Below, piece by piece: positions 1 through 12,233 of a stretch of 64,000 bases of DNA; positions within the stretch are counted from its first letter, which is position 1, and each line of letters begins with the position of its first letter. This stretch comes from Okamejei kenojei. Taxonomy: Eukaryota. The notes under the pieces were generated by a model, which had not been told where the DNA came from, searched no databases, and saw only the letters and a program-made list of their open reading frames with translations. Where the stretch lies: assembly GCA_035221665.1 (NCBI GenBank), contig CM069135.1:113212001-113276000 (forward strand), written 5' to 3'. The translations under genes and the position numbers were made by a program.

Positions 1-129
1 GGTGACAGATTGGAACCTTCATGTGATCTGCCCTGTTTCGACTATTGCAATCAACTCGACGTGCACAAACGGAAGATCAAATAGAACAAGTCGTCCAACA
101 ACTTTTGGCTGTGCACGCCACATGAAAGA

Positions 130-1047
130 AGAAGAAGAAGAACAGGCCTGGATCATCTGGCCTCAAATTGGAGTTCCTGGCTTACCCCGTAGATAGTCGC
201 CTATGTATAGTGACCCACCTTCTACATTACCTGGAGGTCACCAAAAGTCTCAGGGGCACGGAAATGGCTCTATTGATAAGCCATAAACGTCCTCATCAAA
301 GAGTAACCGTGCAGACCATCTCAAGATGGCTTAGGGTGGTATTAGGTGCAGCGGGGGTGGACACTGATGTTTTTAAATCTCATTCCACCAGGGCTGCAGC
401 TACATCAGCAGCAAGGATGATGGAAGTTCCTAGGGACCACATCCTTGCAACGCGAGTTGGTCTAATGAAAGAACCTTCCAGCGGTTTTATAACAAACCTG
501 TGGCCACGCCTGAGACATTTGCAGACACGATTTTGAGTTCTGTATTATAATTTTCCCCAAAGTTAGGGGTTATTATTATTAATTTATTAATAAATACATT
601 ATTGTTTATCAGCACCGTTTCATGTCTGAAATAGTTTAACATACTTCCTCCATTGGTTATTATGGCAGTGTGTGAGCATGGACTCGTTTCCAGGGCATGA
701 AATCACAGAGCTTTGAAGTCTTCACGTAGTCACTCACGTGACTCCGAAGTAAAATAGTAAGATTAAACGAGAACTTATCAGTTTGAAGTTTGATCTTTAT
801 TTTATGAGTTACGATGAGGGATTGCGTGCCCCCCACTCCCAACCCTCTATTATAAAGGTCAACTGGTATGTTAGTTCTCTTATCTTACTATCTTTAGTCA
901 ACTCTACTAACTGTGATTTCACACCGCTGCTTTGAAGCATGTCGCGCATGCGTGCTGGCGGGGTCTTCACGTAATCCCTCATCGTTACTCCTCATAAAAT
1001 AAACATCAAATTTCAAACTGGTAAGTTCTCGTTTAATCTTACTATTT
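130..1047 (+). mobile_element. 3' end of a DIRS1-like tyrosine-recombinase retrotransposon (decayed YR ORF plus internal complementary region/terminal repeat)
   Basis: ORF 168-536 has the YR signature SHSTRAAATSAA and TISRWLR; 751-828 is an imperfect inverted repeat of 968-1047, ending in TTT as in DIRS termini. Confidence 0.8.
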
Positions 1048-1129
1048 CTATGCCCTTCATGATTAAATACACCTCTATAACCTCTATATAACTATTAAAT
1101 ACACCTCACTCCAAGCAATAAATCCCTGG

Positions 1130-1360
1130 AGTTCTGTTCTAGTCACTCCATTGTAGCAACAATATGAAAGCTCTGTAGAGGATTCAGGCGAGATTTACCA
1201 GAATGCTGTCTGGATTAGAGGGTATTAATGGTAACGGTTTGCACAAACGTGTATTGTTTTCTCTAGAACATTGGAAATTGGTGGGCAGACCTGATAGAAG
1301 TATATAAAATTATGAGAGACATAAATATTATTGATATGTCAGAACCTTTTTCCTGGGATA
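1130..1360 (+). mobile_element. CR1 LINE fragment
   Basis: Degenerate match to the CR1 ORF2 C-terminal region seen in the other copies (agatttaccagaatgctg ... gacctgatagaagtatataaaattatgagag). Confidence 0.55.
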
Positions 1361-1444
1361 GGTTTCCCAGCGAGTCACGTGCGGTGAAAGGTCTCCCAGC
1401 GTGGCCATATTCCATAGGAGGGACCATAGGAGGTAAAGTTTTTA

Positions 1445-3860
1445 GCAACCGGGAGATCAGGTAGGTTTATGCGGACTGAGCAGAGGTGTTCAGTGAAATG
1501 ATTGCCGAGCCTGTGTTTGGTCTGGCCGATATATTAGGAGTCCACACCTGGAACATCGGATACAGTAGATGAGGTTGAAGGAGGTACAAGTGAACCTCTG
1601 CCTTACCTGAAAACACTGTCGAGGTCTTTGGACCGAGTCGAGAGGGGAGTTATAGGGACAGGTGTTGTATCTCCTGCGGTTGCAGGGGAAAATACCTGGG
1701 GAGTAGGTGGTTTGGGTGGGAAGGGATGAGTTAACGAGGGAGTTGCAGAGGGAATGTTCTCTGCGGAAAGCGGAAAGGGGTGGAGATGAGAAGATGTGGC
1801 TACTGGTGGGATCCCGTTGGAGGTGGCGATAATGCCGGATCATGTGTTGTATGCGACGGCTGATGGGGTGAAAGGTGAGGACTAGGGGGACTCTGTCCCT
1901 GTTGCGACTGGGGGAAGGGGGAGCAACAGCGGAGCTGCGAGATACCCAGGAGACCCTAGTGAGGGGGCCTCATCTATGATGGAAGAGGGAAACTACTGTT
2001 CCCTAAAGAATGAGAACATCTCAGATGTCCTGGTATGGACCACCTCATTTTGGGCACATATTCGGCGATAGAGTTTTTACATGAAGCAGGGTGGGAAGAA
2101 GAGTAATCTAGATAGATGTGGGTCAGTGGGTTTATAATAAATGTGAGTTGATAGTCTATCTCCTGTCATGGAGACGGTGAGATCTAGAAACGGTGGGGAG
2201 ATGTCGGAGATGGTCAAAGTTAATTTGAGTACAGGATGGAAATTAGTAGTAAAGTTAATGAAGTCAGTGAGTTCTGCACGGGTGCAGGAGGTAGCACCGA
2301 TGCAGTCATCAATGTAGCGGAGATAGAGTTCGGGAATAGGGGCCTGGAACAGGGATTGTTCGACATACCCCACAAAGATGCAGACTTAGCCGGGGACCAT
2401 ACAGGATTAGACCATGTCTACGCCTTGAATTTGGAGGAAGTGGGAGGAGTCGAATAAGAAGTTGTTAAGAGTAAGGACCAACTTTGGTAGACGGAGGAGA
2501 ATGTTGGTAGAAGGCAATTCGCTGGTTCTGCGGTCGAAGAAGAAACAGAGGGCTTTAAGACCTTCCAGGTGTGGGATGGAGGTGTAGAATGACTGAACAT
2601 ACATAGTAAAGATGAGGGAGTGGGGACCTGGAAACGGAAGTCATTGAATGGACGAAGGGTGTGTGAGGTGTCTTGGACATAGGTAGGGAGGGATTGGACC
2701 AAGGGGGAGAGGATGGAGTCAAGGTATGTGGAAATTAATTCAGTGACACAGGAGCAAGCAGAAACAATGGTTCTGCCAGGGCAGTTCTGTTTATGTATTT
2801 TGGTGATGCGGGGCTGGGGAACACTGAGGTTGGTTGCTTTGGAGGGCAGCAGCCGGAATGGAAAAATCAGAACTAGTCTGTGAGATTATGGCCTGCTGCT
2901 TATCTATGAGATCATGGCCCAAGGATAAGTAGGAGGAGGTGTCTGAGAGTTGGCACTAGCCTCAGCCCGGTAGAGGTCAGCACGCCAGTCTACCACGGCA
3001 CCTCCCTTGTCAGCGGGTTTGATGATGATGTTGGGGTTGCTGCAAAGTGAGTGGAGGGCTGTACATTCAGAGGGGGAGAGTAAGTAAGGGGAGTGGAAAA
3101 GTTAAGATGGTTGATGTCACGCTGGCAGTTAGAAATAAAAATGTCTAAAGAGGGTAGAAGACCATCCGGGGGAGTCCAAGAGTAGGGGGACCGGTGGAAA
3201 TGGGAGAAGCAGTCAGCATTGGGTGGTGGGGACTCCGCCCCATAGAAAGAAGCGCGGAGGCGGAGGCAACGGAAGAAAAGCTCCACATTGTGGCGGACCC
3301 GGATCTCGTTGAGGTGGGAGCAGACTGGAACAAAAGTGAGGCCTCTGTTGAGGACAGACCATTCCGCATCAGAAAGGAGGAAGTCAGGGGAAATGGTGAA
3401 GACACGACAAGGGTTAGGGTCGGAGAAGGGCAGCTGAGTTGACAGAGGTTGAGGTGAGGTCTGGTGGGGAGATGTTCGGCGTTTAGAGAGGAGGGGGGCA
3501 TGAGGACCAGTGTAGGGGTGGGGAGTAGGTGGGGCCATCTGGTTAAAGAGGGGGAAGGGGAAGACCCAGTGGAACCACCACTGAGGTTCCCTGTTGGAGG
3601 AGAGCAGTAGGACACAGTAGATTTAGGCCACGTGGTGTTGCAGTCTGCATCGTGGAGGCTGTGGGCCAAGTGCTGAGCATGGAACTCAGGTGAGGCGACA
3701 GCTCTGGCCCGCTGGTGCGGTGAAGAGTCGAGGATCGGCAGAGTCGCTGGTGGAGGCCCGCAGGGGGACCGGAATGGAGGTGACAGCCGCTATGAAACTT
3801 TGTGGGCCGCGGCAGCTGGGACTGTAAAATGGTGCCAAAATGGCACATCTTGCGTATGGA
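1445..3860 (-). mobile_element. Penelope-like retroelement (RT plus GIY-YIG endonuclease), frameshifted, probably Neptune clade
   Basis: Fragments YLRYIDDCIG, PFLDLTV, IYYKPTD (RT) and CNRRRYNTC...FTCTSFNLIYCIRCSRC (Cys-rich linker plus GIY-YIG start) lie in several frames; SVLNRGLTFVP N-terminal motif. Confidence 0.85.
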
Positions 3861-4269
3861 CTCAGTGGACTCTGCTGAACAATCTGTGCTGACCAGGGGG
3901 TTGTACTTGTGTATGGTGATAGTCTTGGTGATCTGAATACAAAAAAAAGTGATGATAATTGAAAAATAGTAATAATTTTAAAAACATTGAACACTTAATA
4001 GCTTTCAGGAGAGTGGGGCAAAGTTTAAAGGAGATGTGCAGGTCATGTATTTTACACAAAGAGTGGTGGGTGCCTGAAATATGCTGCCTGAGAGTGGTGG
4101 GGGTAGCAGATATGGTAGTGACATTTAAGAGGCTATTAAATAGGCATATGGATAGGGATTATGTACAGGCAGAGGAGATTAGTTTAACTTGGCATCATGT
4201 TCGACATGGACATTGTGAGGCAAAGAATCTGTTCCTATGCGGCAGTGTTCAATGTTTATGTTCATTAGT

Positions 4270-5239
4270 TCATGAGTGATAGGAGCAGAATTAGGCCATG
4301 CGGCCCACCATGTCTACTCCGCCATTCAGTTATGGCTCATCTATCTTTCCCTCTTAACCCCATTCTCCTGCCTTCCCGTAACCCCTGATACCCATACTAA
4401 TCAAGAATCTCTGCCTTAAAAATACTGATTGAATTGGCCTCCACGGCCTTCTGTGGCAATGAATTCCACAGATTTACCACCCTCTGACTAAAGAAATTTA
4501 TCCTCATCTCCTTCCCAAAGCAACGTCCTTTAAATCTGAGGCTGTGACCTCTGGTCCTGGACTCTCCCTCTAGTGGAAACATCCTCTCCACATTCACTCT
4601 ATCCAAGCCTTTCACTATTTGGTAAGTTTCAATGAGGTCCACCTCATCCTTCTAAACTCTAGTGAGTACAGGTCCAGTGCCGTCAAATGCTCATCATATG
4701 CTAACCCACACATTCCTGGGATCATTCTCGTAAACCTCCTCTGGACCCTCTCCAGCACCAGCACATCCTTCCTCAGATATGGGGCTCAAAATTGCTCACT
4801 ATATTCCAAATGCGGTCTACCCAGAGCCTTATAAAGCCTCAGCATTACAAACCTGTTTTTGTATTCTAGTCCTCTCAAAATAAATGCTAGTACAACGTTT
4901 GCCTTCCTTACTACCGATTGAACTTGCAGATTAACTTTTTGGGAATCCTGCACCAGCACTCTCAAGTCCCTTTGCACCAGCATTTCAGAATTCTCTCCCC
5001 AATTAGAAAATAGTCCAGGCCTTTATTCCTACTACCAAAATGCGTGACTCCCCACCTTGCTACACTGTAATTCATCTGCCACTTCTGTAGAGTCCCTGCT
5101 TTCTCAACACTATCTGCCCCCACATATCTTTGTATCATCTACAAACTTGGCCTACAATCCTCTCATCCAAATCATTAATATACAACATGAAGAGTAGTGG
5201 CCCCAACGCCGAGCCCTGTGGAACTCCGCTAGTTACTGG
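4270..5239 (-). mobile_element. CR1 LINE 3' portion (host of the 5240-6141 insertion; continues at 6142-6200)
   Basis: ORFs 4397-4642 (TRGHSLR...FFSQRVVNLWNSLP) and 4786-4983 (LYKALGRPHLEY) are CR1 ORF2 C-terminus. Confidence 0.85.
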
Positions 5240-6141
5240 GTGGCAGTGTGAACTGTGAGGAGGATGCTATGAGAATGCAGGGTGACTTGGACAGGTTGGG
5301 GGAATGGGCAGACGCATGGCAGATGAAGTTTAATGTGAATAAATGTGAGGTTATTCACTTTGGTAGCAAAAACAGAAAGGCAGATTACTATCTAAATGGC
5401 GCCGTTGGAAAAAGGGGACGTACAACGGGATCTGGGGGTCCTTGTTCATCAGTCTATGAAAGTAAGCATGCAGGTACAGCAGGCAGTGAAGAAAGCGAAT
5501 GGCATGTTGGCCTTTATAATAAGATGAGTCGAGTATAGGAGCAAAGAGGTCCTTCTCTAGTTGTACAGAGCCCTAGTGAGACCACACCTGGAGTATTGTG
5601 TACAGTTTTGGTCCCCTAATTTGAGGAAGGACATTCTTGCTATTGAGGGAGTGCAGTGTAGGTTTACAAGGTTAATTCCCGGGATGGTGGGACTGTCATA
5701 TGCTGAGATAATGGAGCGGCTGGGCTTGTACACTCTGGAGTTTAGAAGGATGAGAGGGAATCTTATTGAAACATATAAGATTGTTAAGGGTTTGAACACG
5801 CTAGACGCAGGAAACATGATCCTGATGTTGGGGGAGTCCGGAACCAGGGGCCACAGTTTAAGAATAAGGGGTAAGCCATTTAGAACGGAGATGAGGAAAC
5901 ACTTTTTCTCACAGAGAGTTGTGAGTCTGTGGAGTTCTCTGCCTCTGAGGGTGGTGGAGGCCGGTTCTCTGGATACTTTCAAAGAGCTAGATAGGGCTCT
6001 TAAAGATAGCAGAGCCAGGGGATATCGGGAGAAGGCAGGAACGGGGTACTGATTGGGGATAATCAGCCATGATCACATTGAATGGCGGTGCTGGCTCGAA
6101 GGACAAAATGGCCTACTCCTGCACCTGTTGTCTATTGTCTA
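5240..6141 (+). mobile_element. 5'-truncated CR1 LINE with TTACTGG target-site duplication
   Basis: ORFs 5248-5538 and 5561-6052 (WQMKFNVNKCEVIHFG, YRALVRPHLEYCVQFWSP); (ATTGTCT)n tail; TTACTGG at 5233-5239 and 6142-6148. Confidence 0.9.
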
Positions 6142-6235
6142 TTACTGGCAGCCAACCAGAAAAGGCCCCCTTTATTGTCACTCTTTGCCTTCTGCCACAT
6201 GTTCTGGAACATTCTCTTAAATCTTCTTTGCACTG

Positions 6236-6890
6236 CTAATAGAATAGAATAGAATAGATTCAAATACTTTATTGTCACTTGTGACAAGTCACAGTGAAAT
6301 TCTTTGCTTGCACACCTTGCCACAGTATGCAAATTGTCGCCAATAAAGGGCATTTACAAAGTTCCACATTCCACCCCCCCCCCCTTCACCAGTTCCCCCT
6401 TTGTTCTAGCGCCCCTTCCTCACAGCGGTCCCCCCACGCCGGGCCCTCGTTGCTCTACCCCCTTCCTCACAGCGGTGCCCCCAATGCTTGGTCCTCCTTC
6501 GTTCCTTCCCTCGGCAGCGGCGTCCTCACTTCCATGTGTCCGTCCTCATCCGTCGGTCGGCGCCATCAACGACCGCCGCACCGACCTCTCCACTATCCCC
6601 GCCAGGTCTTCTCCGGATGCTTCCATGGCGCCAATCCACGCAGGCCCCAGCCACATGGTACTGTCAATGCTGCGGGCTCCGTTGATTCGCGAGGCTCCAC
6701 CTCAGACCTGCGAGGTTCTGACCCGCGACGTTCCACCATTGGCCCGCGACATCCCACCGCCGGTCGGCGAGGCCCAAGGAAAGACTCATAAGGTTCCGAC
6801 CTGCGAGGTCCAGGGCGCGAGGTTCCAGACTCGGCCTCTCCGTGGCAGCCGCGGCAACTCCGGTTGACTTCTGCCACGTGCGGCACCTCC
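6236..6890 (-). mobile_element. GC-rich non-autonomous retroposon with Rex1-type GTGACAATAAA tail and (TTCTA)n
   Basis: (AATAG)n then tactttattgtcac at 6238-6278, followed by a CpG-rich body. Confidence 0.45.
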
Positions 6891-6899
6891 GTTATGCTA

Positions 6900-7330
6900 A
6901 TGATGTCTGCCTTATAGCAGGGCGGCCAAAACTTTGCATAATACTTCCAAATGTGACTTCACCCACATCTTGTACAAATGCAACATTATATTTCAACTCC
7001 TGTGCTCAATGCCCTGAATGATGGAAGCCAGCATGCCAAACATCTTCTTCATTAGCCTGTCTACTTGCGACACCACTTTCAGATAACAAACTATTGTTTT
7101 ACAATATTCCCCAAGGCTCAACCATTCACTCTTAAAATACGAAACTGGTTTAACTTCCCAGAATACAACAGCTCGCACTTACCTGAATTGAACTTCACTT
7201 GCCATTCCTCCTCACTTACCCAGCTGATCAAAATCCCGCTGCTGTTGTTGATAACCTTCTTCAATGTCTACAATGCCACCTATTTTGGTGTCAACTGCAA
7301 ACTTACTAACCAGGCCTTGTATATAATTTA
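6900..7330 (-). mobile_element. CR1 LINE fragment
   Basis: KVVSQVDRLMKKMFGMLASI-type remnant; gttgacaccaaaataggtgg (ADDTK region). Confidence 0.6.
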
Positions 7331-7450
7331 CCCACATCGTTTATATAAACAACGCGCCCTGCACTGTGTCGCACGGCAATAGTCATGGGCTCCAGCTTGC
7401 AAAACAACCTTCCACCAGGGGGAAACTCCTTCATGATACCCAGCACGTAC

Positions 7451-7563
7451 CTGTTGCTGTGTCAGCCCTTCGGGCATTGGTGTCATTACTGGCTCCGGGT
7501 GCTTGCAGTCCACATCGATGAAGAGATTCTGTTCCTCTTCATCCAGGCTCCCCAAGCAGTGAT
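7451..7563 (-). CDS. ARHGEF10: ARHGEF10 coding exon (113 nt): (D)HCLGSLDEEEQNLFIDVDCKHPEPVMTPMPEGLTQQQ, immediately before the DH domain
   Basis: Acceptor atttcag|AT, donor CAG|gtacgt; phase 1 in and 0 out; near-identical to the recalled human EEEQNLFIDVDCKHPEAILTPMPEGLSQQQ. Confidence 0.93.
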
Positions 7564-9439
7564 CTGAAATAAGAACAAGAAGCAAATGCAGCTCATGAGG
7601 CAGTGAATATTGGAGAGGTCAGGGGGTGTGGGATGGGAACGGGGGAGGTGTCAATACAGCTGATGCCTCTTCATATGTAGCACCGAGTGACCTCTTGGAC
7701 GTTGAGTAAAATAGTATTTCCTTCCACACAGTCCCAAAATGAGCTTTGCGCAAGTTCTATTGAAACAGAGCATTGAACCTTGATGCTGAAGACCAGGTTT
7801 TCAGGATTTCCCATTTCCTCCCACTTCACAGAGGGATTTCTGGAGTTTGTGTTTAAACTTCATGAGCTCCCGCATTAACACTGCGGCTGAGTTGTGGGTC
7901 TACACCAGTGCAGGCGCTCTGTTTTGCCTTTTCTTTCGAATTTTGTGATCAAGACAGAGCGGCAGCTGTAAAACTATCCCGTTCCTCGATGCAAACATTG
8001 GGAATCTGCAGGTCAGTCACAATCTGCGTCGCACAAAGGAACACGTCTCTGTCCCTGGAACGGGCCTCACCTTTAGTCTCTGACGAGTCACAATTTCTTG
8101 CATTGGTTTTAACATTTCCATTGCCTGCAAAGGCCATTCTCCAGTCGATCACAGTCACCACATTAAGCAGTGCTTCTATTTTTGGCCATATTAACAAGCC
8201 GAGAGAGGAATATTCTATTAGGAAAAGGTAGTTGGTTTAGGCGCTTTCGGCTAAGACCGTTAAAAACAGTTTGTGATGAGGAACACTGACTCAATTAATG
8301 CACACTAAATTAAACAATGCAGGCATCCTTCCCCCCCCCCCCCCCCCCTAAAATAAAACACATTGCCAAGCTCTTTAGGTCAGGAATGTCGTCCAAGGAT
8401 CCACCCCCCATTGCAGATCAAGACGTCAAGGTGTTGTCAGCAGCACAGGTTTAGTTACACTAGTCAGCTTGCATTGTGGTTTATTGGTTAGCTGGACCAT
8501 CTTACTCCCCCAGTGTATCAGGGACATTGCTTGCAAGGAGCACTGTTGAATCACAGAGCAGATTAAAAGTGTCCCTGTCCTATGGACCTGGACATTGAGC
8601 CACGTCACTGTGCCCGGATACCTGGGTCACAAATCATCAAAGCTTGGTCATGATTCAATAACCAATTTGGGTTTTTGTAGACACCCAGACCACCAGAAGA
8701 ACTAACTTTTCTATTTATTTTGCCTCAAAGGGCTCTAACAGGTCATCTTTGCATTAGTAAGAACTTCCTCAGTCCCACTACAGTAACTCCTGTTTGTCTA
8801 CCTGCCATCTCCTTGCCCAGCCAGACCTCCTTGTATGTACAAGCACTCAAAACCGGGATTTCATTCATCCCATCCTGTTCTCTCAACAATTGGCCACCAG
8901 GCACAACTCCTGTACCCTTGATTCTATTCCAATTAGACCACTGACTACCCAGTACTTCCTTCCTTCACTGATGTTATTAATGATGGTTTCTATTCAGACA
9001 CACTTTCAATGATTACCCTTTTGCTCAAAAAAAAGTCATACTTAACTGTGCTTTCTTGCATCTGATTTCTCTACTTATATCTATTCTTTTCTGAAAATGT
9101 TGCTGCATCCCAAGCCCTGGTCATTGTCCTCAACTGAAAATAATTTGGACAGGTACATGGATAGGATAGGTTTGGAGGGATACGGGTCAAACACAGGCAT
9201 CTGGGACTAGTGTAGATGAGACATGTTGGTCAGCATGGACATGTTGGGCCAAAGAGCCTGTTTCCACACTGTATCACTATGACTTTATGACTCTCCTCAA
9301 AGCTTGCTGTCAAATTTCTACTTCCTTCTGTAGTTTAAGCTCATGGGGCATCTCAAGTTGTTGCTCTAGTTGAAATAATATTGACCATTAGCCATTTCTT
9401 ACCTCTCTAAAATAGTGTAGCAGGCACCATTAAGGAGCC

Positions 9440-9750
9440 TTTCCCAACAGCCATTATCAAAGTAGACGAGTCTGGACTGGAAAGGGTGCAGAGAAGATTT
9501 ACGAGGATATTGCAAGGACACAAATGCCAGAGCTATTGTAAGAGGTTGGGCAAGCTAGGACTTTATTCCTTAGAGCACAGAAGGCTGAGGAATGATCTTA
9601 TGGAGGTATATAAAATCACGAGTGGAATAGATAGGGTGCATGCACAGTCTTTTTCCCAGGATAGAAAAATCAAGAACCAGAGGTTTAAGGTGAGAGAGGA
9701 AAGATTTAATAAGAATCTGAGGGGCAATTTTTTCACACAATTGTGGGTAT
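9440..9750 (+). mobile_element. CR1 LINE fragment
   Basis: ORF 9486: QRRFTRIL...LGLYSLEHRRLRNDLMEVYKI. Confidence 0.75.
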
Positions 9751-9754
9751 ATGT

Positions 9755-9985
9755 ACAAAGTGCTGGAGTAACTCAGCGGGTCAGGCAGCTTCTCTGGAGA
9801 AAAAGAATGGGTGATGTTTCGGATCAAGACACTTTTTCAGCCTCAGTCCGAAGAAGCATTTGAAGAAGGATGCGAACCCGAAATGTCACCATTCCTTTTT
9901 CTCCAGATAGACTGTCTGACCTGCTGCTAATACAGCACTTTGTGTCTATCTTTGGTATATACCAGCATCTGCAGTTCCTGTCTGC
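9755..9985. repeat. Inverted pair of Penelope terminal-repeat-derived short elements
   Basis: gctggagtaactcagcgggtcaggcagc... followed by a reverse-complement-like copy ending ccagcatctgcagttcct. Confidence 0.7.
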
Positions 9986-11179
9986 ACATATGGACCAAAC
10001 TGCCAGAGAAGGCAAGTACAATAACATCAGAGATATTTTTACAGGATCGAAAAGGTTCAGAATGGGTTAAATGCAAGTAAGTGGAAGTAGTTTAGATGGG
10101 GTATCTTGGTCTGCATGGACCAATTTGACCGGAGGATATATGACTCTATGACTCCTCTTGTGCCCCTCCCCAAACAGAGAGAGAACAGGATGGGATGGAT
10201 GAAATCCCAGTTTTGAGTGCTTGCACATTCAAGGGCTTCTCTTTGTAATGAGTCCTCCGGTAGCAATATTTAGTCTGGCTGAGATGAGGTGAGCTTGGCA
10301 TTATACAGATCCATTACCGTTCCACAGTCTTCCTACACAAAGCTCCAGCTTACATTGCTTATATCGGGTGCAGTGTGTGGGGAAATGTCCCTAAACAGAG
10401 CTTAGTGTTTTTTAATACATGGAGCAGGCCCAGAAACTTGCGCCACACTAAGGTAGACTCTGTGGATATCCTGTTGTTTCTGATTCACAGGTCATACACC
10501 AAGTCGTGCCATCGACTCGAGAAAAAGACAATCAATGTTGACACTTCAGTGCTGTGTATTAGAGGAGCTATTAAAATAGCAAAGCACAAAGTGCGGAAGA
10601 ACTCAGCAAGTCAAAAAGCATCTGTGGAGGGAATGGACGGATTAAAATTTGTATTGGGACCCTTCTTCAGCCTACAATGTTAAGAAGGATACCAATCTTA
10701 AATGTTGTCTGTCCATCCCCCCCAGATACTGCCTAACTCACCGAGTTTCTCTTGCATTGTGTGTTTTGCTCAAGATTTGGGACATGTTGGCCGATGTGGG
10801 CAAGTTGAGCCGAAGGGCCTGTTTCCACGCTGTAAGACTATGACACTATATGCAGTTCTTTGTGGCTCTAAGCTATTAAAATGCCTGCTCTTGCAGGACC
10901 TAGTGATTCTTTCGAGTATCCTAACCAAATTTGCCCCCATTCAACATGACAAAAATAGATCACATTGCACTGCTGCATCTAGCTGTGTGATATTGTCCTT
11001 CCCAACAAAACAACTGCAACCAAGGCAAATTCTTCCAGGGCTTGAAAGTCCCTTTGGACGATCTGATACCATGAAAGTCATGATGGGCATTCAAGCTGTC
11101 TCTCAGCTAACTGACTTGTTGCAGGTGCAAGTAGATACCTTCAGGCTTGTAAGAGCCAGTGAGTGAATGCGGAGCTTAA

Positions 11180-11480
11180 GACTTTAGAGATACAGTGTGA
11201 GAACAGGCCTTCAGCCCATCAAGTACGCGCCGACCAGCGAATACCCCATGTACTAACATTATCTTATACACGAGGGACAATTTATAATTACAGAAGCCAA
11301 ATAACCCACCAACCTGTACATCTTTGTAGTAGTGGAGGAAACCAGTGCACCTGGAGAAAACCCTGGTTGTCACAGGGAGAATGTACAAACTCCACACAAA
11401 CAGCACCCGAGGTCAGGATTGAACCCGGGTCTCTGGCACTGTAGGGCTATTACTCTACCTCTGTGCCACTATGCCACCCG
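11180..11480 (-). mobile_element. tRNA-derived V-SINE (HE1-like)
   Basis: Reverse complement of head gggtggcatagtggcacag, B-box ggttcaatcc, V-domain tgtgtggagtttgtacattctccc, CR1-like tail. Confidence 0.8.
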
Positions 11481-11740
11481 ACTGGCTGCGATTGCGGCCA
11501 AGGTGTGGTGAGAGGGGAAACCAGGCGAACCAAGGGTGATATTAGGCTGGAGACAAAACCACTCAGGCTCAGCAGTAACTGCAAAGTAATGCTGATGGCA
11601 GAAACCTGAAATAAAAATCAGAAAACGCTGGAAATGACTGGCTGCCATGGAGTGAATGTGTCATGTTTTTGGCAAGTCGCTGAACAGGAGTATTCACACA
11701 ATTGCACTCTCTGCCGATACTGCCTGATTTGCTGAGTATA

Positions 11741-11958
11741 GGGCCTGTCCCACTTTCACGACCTAATTCACGACCTTTTTTACTCGTGGACATTTTTCAT
11801 CACGCTAGAAAAACGCCCCGACCTACTTGATGCTATGTGTACCTACGACTAGCATCACGGCCTGCTACGACCTACCTACGACCTCCTATGATCTCGTGAC
11901 AACCATGCTGCGAGTATGAGGGCAAACTGGGCAGAGGTCGTGAAAGTGGGACAGGCCC
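11741..11958. mobile_element. MITE with 24-bp TIRs, PIF/Harbinger-like
   Basis: GGGCCTGTCCCACTTTCACGACCT at 11741-11764 and its exact reverse complement at 11935-11958; AT-rich flanks (tata / ttaa); internal ACGACCT repeats. Confidence 0.75.
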
Positions 11959-12233
11959 TTAACTCTGGCATTTTCCATTTTTATTGCTGGTTAAAATTCC
12001 TCGCAGTTTAGAGTGGGTGGAGTGGTATGGACGGGAGGTGGAGCAGGCGATGGAGATGCAGCATTCGTCAAGCAGTGAATGCCTTTATGCATTCAGAAAC
12101 CTTGTGATATTCCTGATTCACTTTCTTACTTTTCATGGTCAGATCAGTCCCAAACGTCTGAAAAGTGCTGATGCCGTCTGAAATTACCACTGCCGAACGC
12201 AGCTTGCACTCTCCTCTGAGGTTTCCCACTCAC

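Noticed and set aside
168-536. Tyrosine recombinase as a phage or integron-type system
   Set aside because: Flanking structure and vertebrate repeat context identify it as a decayed DIRS retrotransposon
6294-6886. Pro/Arg-rich ORFs of 97-187 aa (also 18084-19178, 46207-46914, 52453-52936)
   Set aside because: GC-rich or low-complexity repeat bodies lacking stops by composition; no splice or homology support
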